Below, one piece after another: positions 1 to 9,103 of a DNA stretch of 64,000 nucleotides (its first letter is position 1; each line of letters starts with the position of its first letter). This DNA comes from Acidobacteriota bacterium. Lineage in GTDB: Bacteria > Acidobacteriota > Vicinamibacteria > Vicinamibacterales > UBA2999. The notes beneath the pieces were generated by a model that saw nothing but the letters and a program-made list of their open reading frames with translations, did no database searches and was not told the origin of the DNA. The position numbers and the translations under genes were made by a program. The stretch spans positions 3,163-67,162 of the forward strand of contig JANMDX010000170.1 of assembly GCA_031376505.1 (NCBI GenBank), written 5' to 3'.

Positions 1-1154
1 GCCCGGCGCTGGCAAAGCGCCAACCGGCGCAGCGATTCGCCCCGAAGCCGCGGGTCCGACATGCCAGTCCCCTGCCCCGCGGCTCGCGCGTAGCAGGCCT
101 CGGCCTCGGGCTGACTGGCCAGACGCTCGTAGAGGCGTCCCAGGCCGAGACACTCGTAGCCGGAGTCGGTGGCGCTGGGTCCATAGACGACCATGGTGGC
201 CGCGCGGGCGCAGACAAAGAGCGTGGAGAGCAGATCGAGCCGATTGTGCTCGAGCACCGCCTCGAGCGGTTCGGCCCGGCCGTCGCGCGCGAACTGGAAG
301 AAGCGGGCTGGGATCTCGAACCCAGGAACATCGCCCACGCGGTGCACGCCCGACAAGTGCTTTTCGAGTACGGCCAGCGAGCAGCTCGACTCGTCGGGAC
401 CTGGTCCGGCCACCTCGGGGCGGTCACGCCAGAAGCGGCGGGCGGGATGGAGCGCATCGAGATGTGGCAGGTGGCCCCAGGGCCAGACGAGCCGATTGAA
501 ACTGAAGCGCATCTCGAGCAGCGGCAGGTCGAACGTGCGGCCGTTGAACGTGACGAGGTGCGACCGGTCGGCCATCCACTCGGCCAGCGTGGCCAACTGC
601 GCGCGCTCGTGCTCGAACCCGGGCGACAGGAACTGCCGCACGAACACACCGTCGCCGTCGATGCGGGCACAGCCCACCAGGAAGGCCTGTGTGCCGGCGC
701 CGCCAGCCAGGCCAGTCGTCTCGAGATCGAGCACGCACAGTCCGTCGAGTTCCGGCACCGCTTTGATCGGCGTGAGCGCCTGGCTGAGGGGGCGGGCGGG
801 TGGCCACGCCCGGCGCAACATCCCCAGGCCCTCGACCGACCGGCGCAGCGTGGCCACGACGTCGCCCACGTGGTGCCGCCCATGACACGCATCGCTCGGG
901 TAGTACCGGTCCACCACGATACACAGACCTTCGGCGCGCTCGACCACCACGCCGCCCAGCGCGTGCGCCGCCGTCCGTACGCGTTCACCGCGGGAAGGCG
1001 CCGCCACCGAGGCCAGCGTGTAGCGTCCCCCGCCGGGCGGCAACGGCGGTTCGGACGCGGGCGGCAGCCCGGCCGCATTGGGATCCACACGCGGTACGGC
1101 TGCCCCGCCGACCACGGCGCGCAGACGCTCGGCAAGCGATGGACGCATGACCAT
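1..1154 (-). CDS. YprB/MrfB-like RNase H-fold (DnaQ-like) exonuclease; partial, the C-terminal part runs off the window edge
   Basis: Absent from the ORF track because the frame stays open to position 1. My own minus-strand translation from ATG 1154-1152 gives MVMRPSLAERLRAV...ELDGLCVLDLETTGLAGGAGTQAFLVGCARIDGDGVFVRQFLSPGFEHERAQLATLAEWMADRSHLVTFNGRTFDLPLLEMRF...HLDALHPARRFW...LAVLEKHLSGVHRVGDVPGFEIPARFFQF...LEHNRLDLLS. The blocks 'DLETTG', 'NGxxFDxP' and 'HNxxD' fit the YprB (COG3359) exonuclease family. The start overlaps the helicase stop (TGATG). Confidence 0.7.
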   Translation of the reverse strand, partial: MVMRPSLAERLRAVVGGAAVPRVDPNAAGLPPASEPPLPPGGGRYTLASVAAPSRGERVRTAAHALGGVVVERAEGLCIVVDRYYPSDACHGRHHVGDVVATLRRSVEGLGMLRRAWPPARPLSQALTPIKAVPELDGLCVLDLETTGLAGGAGTQAFLVGCARIDGDGVFVRQFLSPGFEHERAQLATLAEWMADRSHLVTFNGRTFDLPLLEMRFSFNRLVWPWGHLPHLDALHPARRFWRDRPEVAGPGPDESSCSLAVLEKHLSGVHRVGDVPGFEIPARFFQFARDGRAEPLEAVLEHNRLDLLSTLFVCARAATMVVYGPSATDSGYECLGLGRLYERLASQPEAEACYARAAGQGTGMSDPRLRGESLRRLALCQRR

Positions 1155-3649
1155 CAGAACGGCACGTCCGCCTTCGCCACGGCTTCAGCGGACAGGTCGG
1201 CCGACACGTCTCCGGCTCTGTCGGGTAACTGCCCCACGAGCAGCGCCTGCAGCAGGGCCAGTGCCACGGTCTTCGCCCGCGGGCCGGTTTCGCCGATCGG
1301 GCCGACGCAGGTGGGACAGCCGTGGTCGCAGTCGCACCCGGCGATGAGCTCGCGAGTGCGGTCGAGCAGATCTGCGTGCATGCCGTGCAGCGGCGCCGAG
1401 AAGCCGATGCCGCCTGGAAACGCGTCGTAAAGGTAGATGCGCGGCTCGTCGCCGAGGCTTTCGGGAATCGCCGTGCGTCCGCCGACCGGCTGCGTCTCGC
1501 CCTCGGCGTCGTCGCCCTGCCCGAACGCCAGGCCCACGTCACGCCCATCGCACATGAGCAGCAACGTGGCGACGTGCTTCATCGCAAAGCCCAGCCCCAC
1601 CACGCCGTCGCGCTTGTCGTCTTTCGACCACGGCAGGGCCTGCATCGTGTCGCGCGGCACCGACAGCCAGTAGGCGGTCGTGTGCATCTGTTGCTCCGGC
1701 AGGTCGAGTTCGCCCGAGCCCACGTTCTCGTTCGTGTAGAATTTGATTTTCTTGAAGCCGACGACGCGCGACGACACGTGCACGTCGCCGTGCGCGGCTA
1801 CCTGCCCCTGGCCCTCAGCGAGGTCGAGCACGGTGACCTTCGAATACGAGATCGCGGTCGTGTAGTAGTCGCAGTCCACATCGCGGACAAACGCCTTGCG
1901 GTTGTCGTAGTCGAGCGCCTCGACCTGATAGAGGCGGCCCTCTACGATGTAGATGGCCTTGGGGTGGAGTGTGGTCGGTCCGCTCGTGAAGTCCGTCTCG
2001 CCGATCACCTTGGCGCCAGCCCCCACGTCGACAATCACGAAGTTGTCGGAGGTGATCGAGCGCAGGCTCACGGCATCGGCCGGATAGCTCTCGCTCGTCC
2101 AATTCCACTGCCCGGGCTCGTCGCTATCAGGATCCCCCGAGCGGTGCACCAGGCCGTTCTCTCGCAGGATCATCAGCACTTCCTGTACGTCGACGGTGCC
2201 AAACGTATCGGTGCCGCAGAACGGCAGTTCGAACGCGGCGCACTTTACGTGGTCCACGAGGATGTGCAGGTTGTCGGGATTCACGAGCGCGTGCTCGGGC
2301 GACGCGTCGAAGAAATACGACGGATGCCTGGCCACGAACTGATCGATCGGCGCGCTCGACGCCACCATCACCGCGGCCGAACGGGCCGAGCGGCGGCCGG
2401 CGCGGCCGGCGCGCTGCCAGGTGGCCGCAATCGTGCCGGGATAGCCGGCCATGATCGACACGTCGAGGGCGCCGATGTCGATCCCGAGCTCGAGCGCATT
2501 GGTCGAGACGACGCCTCGCACCTTGCCCTCGCGCAGGCCCTTCTCGATCTCGCGCCGGCGCAGGGGCAGATAGCCGCCCCGGTAGCCGCGGATCTGCTCG
2601 GCCATGCCGGGCACCGTCTCGAAGTCCTGTTTCAGATACGTCGTGAGGATCTCGGTGGCCAAGCGGCTCTGCGCAAAGACGATCACCTGCAGGTTGCGCC
2701 GCAGGAATTCCCCGGCGACGCGCCGTGCTTCGGCCAGATACGAGCGGCGGATGCCCAGCTCGCGATTCACCACCGGCGGGTTCACGAACACGATGAACTT
2801 CTCGCCGCGCGGCGCCCCGCTCTCGCTGATGTGCGAGAACGGCCGCTCGGCCAGGCGTTCCGCCAGCTCGCGCGGGTTCGCGATGGTGGCCGAGGAGCAG
2901 ATGAACTGCGGATCGGATCCGTAGTGGCGGCAGATGCGTTGCAGACGGCGCAGCACGTTGCACAGGTGGCTGCCGAAGACGCCGCGATAGGCGTGCAGCT
3001 CGTCGACGACGACGAACTTCAGGTTCTCGAACAGCTTGGCCCAGCGCGGATGATGCGGCAGCACGCCCGCATGCAGCATGTCGGGATTGGTGAGCGCGAT
3101 GTGCGCCCGCGCGCGGATGGTCTTGCGTGCATCAGCCGGCGTGTCGCCGTCGTAGGTGTGCACGCCGATGTCGTCGGCGCCCTGTGCGCTGATCAGAGCC
3201 GTGAGCTCGTGAAGCTCGGCCATTTGATCCTGCGCGAGTGCCTTGGTCGGGAACAGGTAGAGCGCGCGCGACGACGGGTCCTTCAGAATGGCGTCGAGCA
3301 CGGGCAGGTTGTAGCAGAGCGTCTTGCCCGAGGCCGTGGGCGTCGTGACCACGATGTGCTCACCAGCCGACACGCGCTGATACGCCTCAGCCTGGTGACA
3401 GTAGAGCTGACGCAGCCCGCGCCCTACGAGGGCCGCCTGCAGCCGCGGGTCGAGACCGTCGGGATAGGGCTCGAACGTCGCCTCGACCGGCGCCAGCCGC
3501 CGCACGGCCGTAATGACGCCATCGGGCGTGTCTGCGCGCTCGAGCCACGGGCCTGGCGCCAGGTGTTCGAGTGCGCCCCGCAGGGCTAGGTCCTTGCGCT
3601 CGACCGTGGACGACGGCGCCGGGAGAGAAGAAATCGGCTTCGCTGGCAT
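1154..3649 (-). CDS. DEAD/DEAH-box helicase with C-terminal DUF1998 zinc module (YprA/MrfA family)
   Basis: 831-aa ORF with an ATG start at 3649. Helicase motifs are I 'TPTASGKT', II 'VVVDELHAY', III 'SSAT' and VI 'QRAGRAGRR'. The C-terminal Cys cluster 'CDCDHGCPTCVGP' is typical of DUF1998. Confidence 0.9.
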   Translation of the reverse strand: MPAKPISSLPAPSSTVERKDLALRGALEHLAPGPWLERADTPDGVITAVRRLAPVEATFEPYPDGLDPRLQAALVGRGLRQLYCHQAEAYQRVSAGEHIVVTTPTASGKTLCYNLPVLDAILKDPSSRALYLFPTKALAQDQMAELHELTALISAQGADDIGVHTYDGDTPADARKTIRARAHIALTNPDMLHAGVLPHHPRWAKLFENLKFVVVDELHAYRGVFGSHLCNVLRRLQRICRHYGSDPQFICSSATIANPRELAERLAERPFSHISESGAPRGEKFIVFVNPPVVNRELGIRRSYLAEARRVAGEFLRRNLQVIVFAQSRLATEILTTYLKQDFETVPGMAEQIRGYRGGYLPLRRREIEKGLREGKVRGVVSTNALELGIDIGALDVSIMAGYPGTIAATWQRAGRAGRRSARSAAVMVASSAPIDQFVARHPSYFFDASPEHALVNPDNLHILVDHVKCAAFELPFCGTDTFGTVDVQEVLMILRENGLVHRSGDPDSDEPGQWNWTSESYPADAVSLRSITSDNFVIVDVGAGAKVIGETDFTSGPTTLHPKAIYIVEGRLYQVEALDYDNRKAFVRDVDCDYYTTAISYSKVTVLDLAEGQGQVAAHGDVHVSSRVVGFKKIKFYTNENVGSGELDLPEQQMHTTAYWLSVPRDTMQALPWSKDDKRDGVVGLGFAMKHVATLLLMCDGRDVGLAFGQGDDAEGETQPVGGRTAIPESLGDEPRIYLYDAFPGGIGFSAPLHGMHADLLDRTRELIAGCDCDHGCPTCVGPIGETGPRAKTVALALLQALLVGQLPDRAGDVSADLSAEAVAKADVPF

Positions 3650-3755
3650 GCGCAGTTCCGTAGGGGCTTGCGCATCGTACTCGCCCGGCGAAAGACGATC
3701 AACAGGCGAAAGTGGTTCCGGACTGGCGGGCGAACGCGCCCAACCGCTCGGACGG

Positions 3756-4254
3756 TCAATCCCGCAACACCGGTAGCGGCTCGACGATGAGGCGCGTGAC
3801 GATGTCGATGAGCTGCTGGCGGTGGGCGCCTCGCTCCTCGCTCACGCTGGGCGACGACGTCGACACGATCACAAGCCGCAGGTCGGGCACCACCAGCGCG
3901 TGCTGGCCTCTGGCGCGGTCGGGTGACGCGTTCAGCTCCGGAAAAGAGGTGGCGAGACGCTCGGGGGCACCCTCACGACGCCGCAGTCGATGGCGATGCC
4001 CACGAGCGCAGCGACGATGCTCTTTGACGCAGACTTCACGTTGGCGGGCCGGTCGGCACGGGCGCCGTGGTCGTAGCGCTCGAAGATCACCGCGCCGCGA
4101 TGACTCACAATCAGACTGCGCAGTTGCGGCAGTGGCGCGCCGCTGCGTCCGCGGCGTCTGCGCTGAACGGCGTCTGCGGCGTCACGACGACGCTCACCAG
4201 CACGAGCACGACCATCGCCGCCGCAAAGGTCCTCCCGACGCGCAGTGCCGTCAT
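3756..4254 (-). pseudogene. Degraded beta-lactamase-family serine hydrolase remnant (frameshifts plus internal deletion)
   Basis: Three frame pieces lie on the minus strand. (i) From ATG 4254, 'MTALRVGRTFAAAMVVLVLVSVVVTPQTPFSADAADAAA' is signal-like and stops at 4111. (ii) A shifted frame reads 'APLPQLRSLIVSHRGAVIFERYDHGARADRPANVKSASKSIVAALVGIAIDCGVV', with the SxxK motif 'SASK'. (iii) A third frame reads 'GAPERLATSFPEL...RGQHALVVPDLRLVIVSTSS...LIDIVTRLIVEPLPVLRD', with its stop at 3756. That is only about 165 codons, whereas this family is normally over 300 aa. Confidence 0.55.
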
Positions 4255-4300
4255 AACTGTCACTCGCTCGGCCCTCTCGGCACGATTCCTGTAACGGGGG

Positions 4301-5716
4301 TCAGACCCCAGTCCCGGCCGCGATACGCGGGCGGCGGCCGCCGCCGAGCGCCACGACCCCGAATGCCACGAGCAAGGCCGGATACACCACGCCGCCGACG
4401 GCCACCGCAAGCAGCGACGTGCGCAGACCCAGGCCGGTCACCGCGAGCCCCATGCCCGCCCCGGCGAGCAGGCATTTCAGCAGCGCGACCACAGGCGTCG
4501 TGCCGGGAATCACGTGGCGCGCCGCAACGAGGGCCACTCCCAGCCGCACGACTTCGCTGACCACCGTAGCCCACGCGGCACCCACGAGCCCGTAGCGGGG
4601 AATCAGGATCACGTTGAGCGACACGTTGACGATCGCGGCCACGGTGTTGACGCGCAGCAGTGCCTGATCGCGGCGGCGCGCGACAAGCGACGCCAGGGCG
4701 ATCTCACGCAGCGCGCCGATGGGCACGACCAGCACCAGCACCTGCAAGGCGGCGGCCGCGGGCGCGTAGGCTGGGCCGAACAGCAGTTGTACAACGAGCG
4801 GCGCGATGAGCGCGCCGCCCGCGGCCACCGGCATCGTGACCACGCCGGCCGTGACGAGCGACGACGCATACGTGGTCGCGGTCGCCGAGGTCGGCTGGGC
4901 ATCGTCTGCCAGCGCCGGCAGCACGGTGTGCGAGTAGGCGATCATCAGGTTCGCGCAGAACGAGATCAACACGTAGGCCGCGGCGTAGTATCCGGCGGCC
5001 GCTTCGCCGCCGAGCACGCGCAGCATGAGCAGGTCCACGTTGTAGAGCACGAGTCCCAGCAGCGTGAACAGCACCAGGCGGCGGCCACGCCGCAACAGGG
5101 CGCCCACCGGGGCCTCACCATCGACACGGCGCAGGTGTACGCCGAGGGCCGGCAGCCCCCGCAGCAGCAGCACGACCGCCGCCAGTCCGCCCACGACCGC
5201 GGCCACCGGCGCACCGAGCACATCGCGGGGACCTCGGACGAGCGCGAGCGTGACGGCCGCCGTCACCACGTCGCCGGCGATGCGCGAGAGCGCAACTGGC
5301 TGAGGCCGCTGCAAGCCCAGGTAGACCCAGCGCACGCTGAGCGCCACGGCGGGCAGCCCGAAGACGGACAACGCCAGCACCTGCCCGTCGGGCTGGGGGA
5401 GGAGCCAGGCGCACGCGGGCGCGAGCACGAACAACAACACGGCTGCCACCCGCAGTCGGTACGTCAGAAGGCCCGACAGGACCGCGTTCACCCGTGCAGG
5501 CCCGCCTGACGCCTCGGTCAGGCCGGCCAGTTCCACCCCTGAGTCGGCGATCTGCGACAGGTAGAGCATCACACCCGCGGCCACGGCGACCACGCCGTAG
5601 GTCTCCGGCCCGAGCGTGCGGGCCAGGAATACCGTTGTGCCGAACGCCACCAGCCGTGCCGCGGCCTCGCCGGAAACGAGCGCGACCGAGCCAGACACGG
5701 CGTGCAGCGCCTTCAC
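4301..5716 (-). CDS. Polysaccharide/oligosaccharide flippase (MOP superfamily, Wzx-like)
   Basis: Long polytopic hydrophobic ORF with a Wzx-like N-terminus '..LVSGEAAARLVAFGTTVFLARTLGPETYGVVAV..'. The ORF track starts it at 5800, inside the kinase gene. I prefer GTG 5716-5714, which forms a GTGA overlap with the kinase stop (5715-5713). Confidence 0.75.
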   Translation of the reverse strand: MKALHAVSGSVALVSGEAAARLVAFGTTVFLARTLGPETYGVVAVAAGVMLYLSQIADSGVELAGLTEASGGPARVNAVLSGLLTYRLRVAAVLLFVLAPACAWLLPQPDGQVLALSVFGLPAVALSVRWVYLGLQRPQPVALSRIAGDVVTAAVTLALVRGPRDVLGAPVAAVVGGLAAVVLLLRGLPALGVHLRRVDGEAPVGALLRRGRRLVLFTLLGLVLYNVDLLMLRVLGGEAAAGYYAAAYVLISFCANLMIAYSHTVLPALADDAQPTSATATTYASSLVTAGVVTMPVAAGGALIAPLVVQLLFGPAYAPAAAALQVLVLVVPIGALREIALASLVARRRDQALLRVNTVAAIVNVSLNVILIPRYGLVGAAWATVVSEVVRLGVALVAARHVIPGTTPVVALLKCLLAGAGMGLAVTGLGLRTSLLAVAVGGVVYPALLVAFGVVALGGGRRPRIAAGTGV

Positions 5717-8154
5717 GAGGGATGCAACGCCGCGAGGCCCGCGGCCACGGCTGGATTCGCCAGGACGCCGGCAAAATCCGGGTCGCGCGGCAGACGCCAC
5801 CGCGTGAACGCGCCGAGCTCTGCGAGCGGCGAGGCCAGGTGCTGCAGGACCGGCTCGACGTCGTCCTGCAGTGCATAGAGCGCCGCCAGATAATAGCGCG
5901 TGTGCGGATCGTCGGCCCCGGTCGAGAGCCGCCGATTGAACGCGTCAATAGCGAGGGAGGCGTACTCCCGGGACTCGCGCGTCGCGCCCATGCGGTGATA
6001 CACGGCGGCGAGCTTCTGGTTGACCTCGATAATCGATCGGTCGCGCAGTCCGTGGTCGGTGTGCGTCAGAAACGTCAACTCCCGCTGGTACTCGCCGATG
6101 GCCTCGTCGTACCGCCCGCGCAAGTAGAGCACGTAGCCCAGGCGCGTGTGCGCGCCCACGACCATCAAGCCCTGCGACCCCGACATGGCCTTCTGCTGCA
6201 GATCGACGGCGGTGCGTGCCGAGCGCTCGGCGCCGTCGAGATCCCCGGTCAGCGCCTGCAACAGCGCGAGTTGCAGATGCACGTAGCCGGCCTCGGGTGC
6301 GAGGGCGACGGAGTGCTCGAAGTGCGCAATCGCTTCCGGGATCTCGGCGCGTCCGAGCCACAGCACGCGCGCCATCTGACTGTGCGCGAGGGCGCTGTCA
6401 GGTTCGAGCGCCAGGCCGTGGCGAATCGCCGCCTCGGCGGCGGTGTTGTCGCCCATGCTCGCCAGCGTCTGTCCCAGCCGCACGTGCGCTTCGGCGCGGG
6501 TCGGCGCACTGGTCACCGCGCGTTCGAGCAGCACGCGGCTGCGCTCGAGCACCTGCGGCAGGTTCAGGAACGAACCGCGCAGCTGCAACGCTCCGCCGAG
6601 CGCGATGAGCGCGTCCACATAGCCGGGCTCCAGCTCGAGCGCCTGCTCGAAGAGCGCAATGGCCCGCTCTACCGACTCGGGCGTCGCAATGCGCAGATTG
6701 AGCATGGCACGCGAGTAGGCCTCGAACGCCTCGGGCGCATGCGCGTCTTCGCCGATCGCCCGGCGTTCGCTCTGCTCGAGTTCGCGCTGCAGGCCCTGCC
6801 GCACCAGGTCCTCGACGAGCTGATCCTGCAACTCGAAGATGTCGTTCATCGACCCGTCGAGCTTGGTCGCCGAGACCGTACGCCCCTCCTGCACGGCGAT
6901 GGTCTGCGCCGTGATGCGCACGCGGTCGCCGAGCCGCTGCACCGCGCCAGCCACGACCCACGTGGCGCCGAGACGGCGTCCCAGCTCGATCGATTGACGC
7001 TCATCCAACACGCGGCCCTGGGCCGCACCCGCGCTGCGCTGCACGTCGAAGATCTGCTCGCGCGAGATGGTGCGTAGCCCATGCACCTTGGCGAAGTCGG
7101 TGGTGAGGGATTCGGCCATGCCCTGCCCCACCCACTCGTCGGTGGGATTGCCCGTGAGATTCGCAAACGTCAGCACCGCCACGGTGCGTTCCGCCGTGGA
7201 CCCGGCCGGCGCCGCCGGCGCGTCGTGACCGAAGCCCACTGGCGGCAAGTGCATGCCGGGACGCCAGGTGTGGTGGCTGGCCGACGGCGTGTCGCGCATC
7301 ACGCGCTCGCGCGCATGATGCAGGTCCACATAGAGTTCCCGCGCCGACTGGTAGCGGAATTCCGGGTCCTTGGCGAGCGCCTTGCGCACCACGGCCTCGA
7401 CATCGGCCGGCACAGCGTAGTTGAAACGCGCGAGGGCCTCGGGCTCGTGGTTCAGGATGCGATCGGCGGCATCCGCCATGGTGTCAGCCATGAACGGCGG
7501 CCGGCCGGCGAGCATCTCGTAGAGCACGGCGCCCAGTCCGAAGAGATCGGCGCGGTGGTCCACGTCGCCGCCGCGGAGCTGTTCGGGCGCCATGTAGTTG
7601 AGCGTGCCAAGGATCATACCGGGGCTGGTCACGCCCATGGTGTGCGCCGACGCGCCCCCGGGCCGGCGCAGGAACTTCGCCAGGCCGAAGTCGAGCACCT
7701 TCACAAGCTGCCGGGGCGTGATCATCACGTTGGCGCTCTTGATGTCGCGGTGCACGATGCCGCGCGTGTGCGCCTCGTCGAGCGCGTCGGCCACCTGCAT
7801 GGCAATCTCGAGTGCTTCGGGCACGGCGAGCGTCCCGCGCGTGAGCCTGATGGATAGCAGTTCGCCTTCCACGTACTCCATCGCGATGAAGAGGTCGTCG
7901 CCGTGCTCGACCAGATCGTAGGTCACGGCGATGTGCGGCGAGCGCAGGAGCGACGCCGCCTGCGCCTCGCGCACAAGCCGCTCGCGGCCCTCTGGGTCGT
8001 CGCCGCCCGACGACGCCAGGAATTTCAGCGCCACCTGGCGACCCAGCCGGGTGTCTTCGGCCAGGAACACTTCGCCCATGCCGCCGGCGCCGAGCCGGCT
8101 GAGCACGCGGTAGTGCAGAAGTTGGGTGCCGACAGCGGGAACGCCCGAGGCCAT
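5713..8154 (-). CDS. Hanks-type Ser/Thr protein kinase with central TolB-N/CsgG-like domain and C-terminal TPR repeats
   Basis: Kinase motifs are the G-loop 'GAGGMGEV', 'VALKFL', the catalytic loop 'HRDIKSANVM', 'DFGLAK' and 'APEQ'. The C-terminal half carries many TPR-like 34-residue repeats ('ALELEPGYVDALIALGG', 'ALALEPDSALAHSQMA'). Confidence 0.9.
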   Translation of the reverse strand: MASGVPAVGTQLLHYRVLSRLGAGGMGEVFLAEDTRLGRQVALKFLASSGGDDPEGRERLVREAQAASLLRSPHIAVTYDLVEHGDDLFIAMEYVEGELLSIRLTRGTLAVPEALEIAMQVADALDEAHTRGIVHRDIKSANVMITPRQLVKVLDFGLAKFLRRPGGASAHTMGVTSPGMILGTLNYMAPEQLRGGDVDHRADLFGLGAVLYEMLAGRPPFMADTMADAADRILNHEPEALARFNYAVPADVEAVVRKALAKDPEFRYQSARELYVDLHHARERVMRDTPSASHHTWRPGMHLPPVGFGHDAPAAPAGSTAERTVAVLTFANLTGNPTDEWVGQGMAESLTTDFAKVHGLRTISREQIFDVQRSAGAAQGRVLDERQSIELGRRLGATWVVAGAVQRLGDRVRITAQTIAVQEGRTVSATKLDGSMNDIFELQDQLVEDLVRQGLQRELEQSERRAIGEDAHAPEAFEAYSRAMLNLRIATPESVERAIALFEQALELEPGYVDALIALGGALQLRGSFLNLPQVLERSRVLLERAVTSAPTRAEAHVRLGQTLASMGDNTAAEAAIRHGLALEPDSALAHSQMARVLWLGRAEIPEAIAHFEHSVALAPEAGYVHLQLALLQALTGDLDGAERSARTAVDLQQKAMSGSQGLMVVGAHTRLGYVLYLRGRYDEAIGEYQRELTFLTHTDHGLRDRSIIEVNQKLAAVYHRMGATRESREYASLAIDAFNRRLSTGADDPHTRYYLAALYALQDDVEPVLQHLASPLAELGAFTRWRLPRDPDFAGVLANPAVAAGLAALHPS

Positions 8155-8313
8155 CCCCCCATTCTAGTCGGCGCCCTGGGTTCGGCTCACGTTCGGTCCG
8201 GATAGGCGACCCATGCGGGAGGCCGCGGGCTGATGCGACGCGCCAGTCGGCACGGCATCTCCCGTCGGCTCACCCTCGGTATGACCTGACGGGACGGACC
8301 GCGAACGGGCGTT

Positions 8314-9090
8314 CTAGAACGAGCGGCTCTGGCAGCCGTCGACGACAATCGAGGTGCCGCTCACCCAGCTGGCGCGGGCCGAGGCCAGGAACGCGACGAC
8401 GTCGCCGACTTCTTCGGCCGTGCCGAAGCGGCCAAAGGGCAATTCGGCGGCGATGAACTTCGCGATGCCATCCGGATCGGTCTGCTGGCGCTTGTGCCAC
8501 GAGCCGCCGGGGAACGAGATCGACCCGGGGGACACACTGTTGACGCGGATGTTGTCTTTCGCCAACTGCTGCGCCAGGGACTTGCCGAGGCTGATTTCGG
8601 CGGCCTTCACGGCGTTGTAGGTCATCCGTCCGCCGGCTTCGCGGCCAAAGATCGACGAGATGATGACGATGACGCCGCCGCCGCGCTGCGTCATCGACGG
8701 CACCACCAGCCGCGACGCGCGGATGGCCGGGAAGAGCGTCTGGTCAAAGGCCTCCTGCCAGTCGGCGTCGGTCGTCGTCACGATGTCGCCGCCGCGCGCG
8801 AGCGCGACGTTGTTGACGAGGACATCGACGCCGCCAAAGCGCGCCAGGGTCGCCTCCACCACATCGGCCATGCCGTGCGTCGTCGAAAGGTCCGCACTTA
8901 CCGCGAGCACCTCGGCCGACGCGGTCGAGGCCGCGGCGAGTTCCAGCGCAGCGTGCGACAGCGCCTCCTCCCCGCGCGCCGAGATGCACACGTGGCACCC
9001 TTCGGCCACGAGCGCGCGCGCGCTGGCTAGGCCGAGCCCACGGCTCGACCCGGTGACGATGGCCACTTTGCCCTGCAGTCCGAGATCCAT
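8314..9090 (-). CDS. Short-chain dehydrogenase/reductase (FabG-like)
   Basis: Shows 'GKVAIVTGSSRGLGLA' (TGxxxGxG) and the catalytic 'YNAVKAA' (YxxxK). Length is 258 aa. Confidence 0.88.
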   Translation of the reverse strand: MDLGLQGKVAIVTGSSRGLGLASARALVAEGCHVCISARGEEALSHAALELAAASTASAEVLAVSADLSTTHGMADVVEATLARFGGVDVLVNNVALARGGDIVTTTDADWQEAFDQTLFPAIRASRLVVPSMTQRGGGVIVIISSIFGREAGGRMTYNAVKAAEISLGKSLAQQLAKDNIRVNSVSPGSISFPGGSWHKRQQTDPDGIAKFIAAELPFGRFGTAEEVGDVVAFLASARASWVSGTSIVVDGCQSRSF

Positions 9091-9103
9091 GTCGGTAACG
9101 GCC

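Noticed and set aside
1322-3589. 755-aa plus-strand ORF
   Set aside because: It is antisense to the DUF1998 helicase. The composition is Arg/Ala/Val-rich and motif-free, so this is a shadow ORF.
1154-3649. DUF1998 helicase as part of a DISARM/Dpd-like defence system
   Set aside because: Helicase and DUF1998 are fused in one polypeptide and followed by a YprB-type exonuclease, which is the MrfAB repair architecture. No methyltransferase, PLD nuclease or DUF1998-only partner gene is adjacent.
5494-7077. 527-aa plus-strand ORF
   Set aside because: It is antisense to the Ser/Thr kinase and flippase genes and has no motifs, so this is a shadow ORF. The same reasoning applies to 7081..7857, 10658..11911, 13055..14416, 19087..20697, 22682..24799, 33509..34942, 40454..41830, 56484..57569 and 57833..58936.
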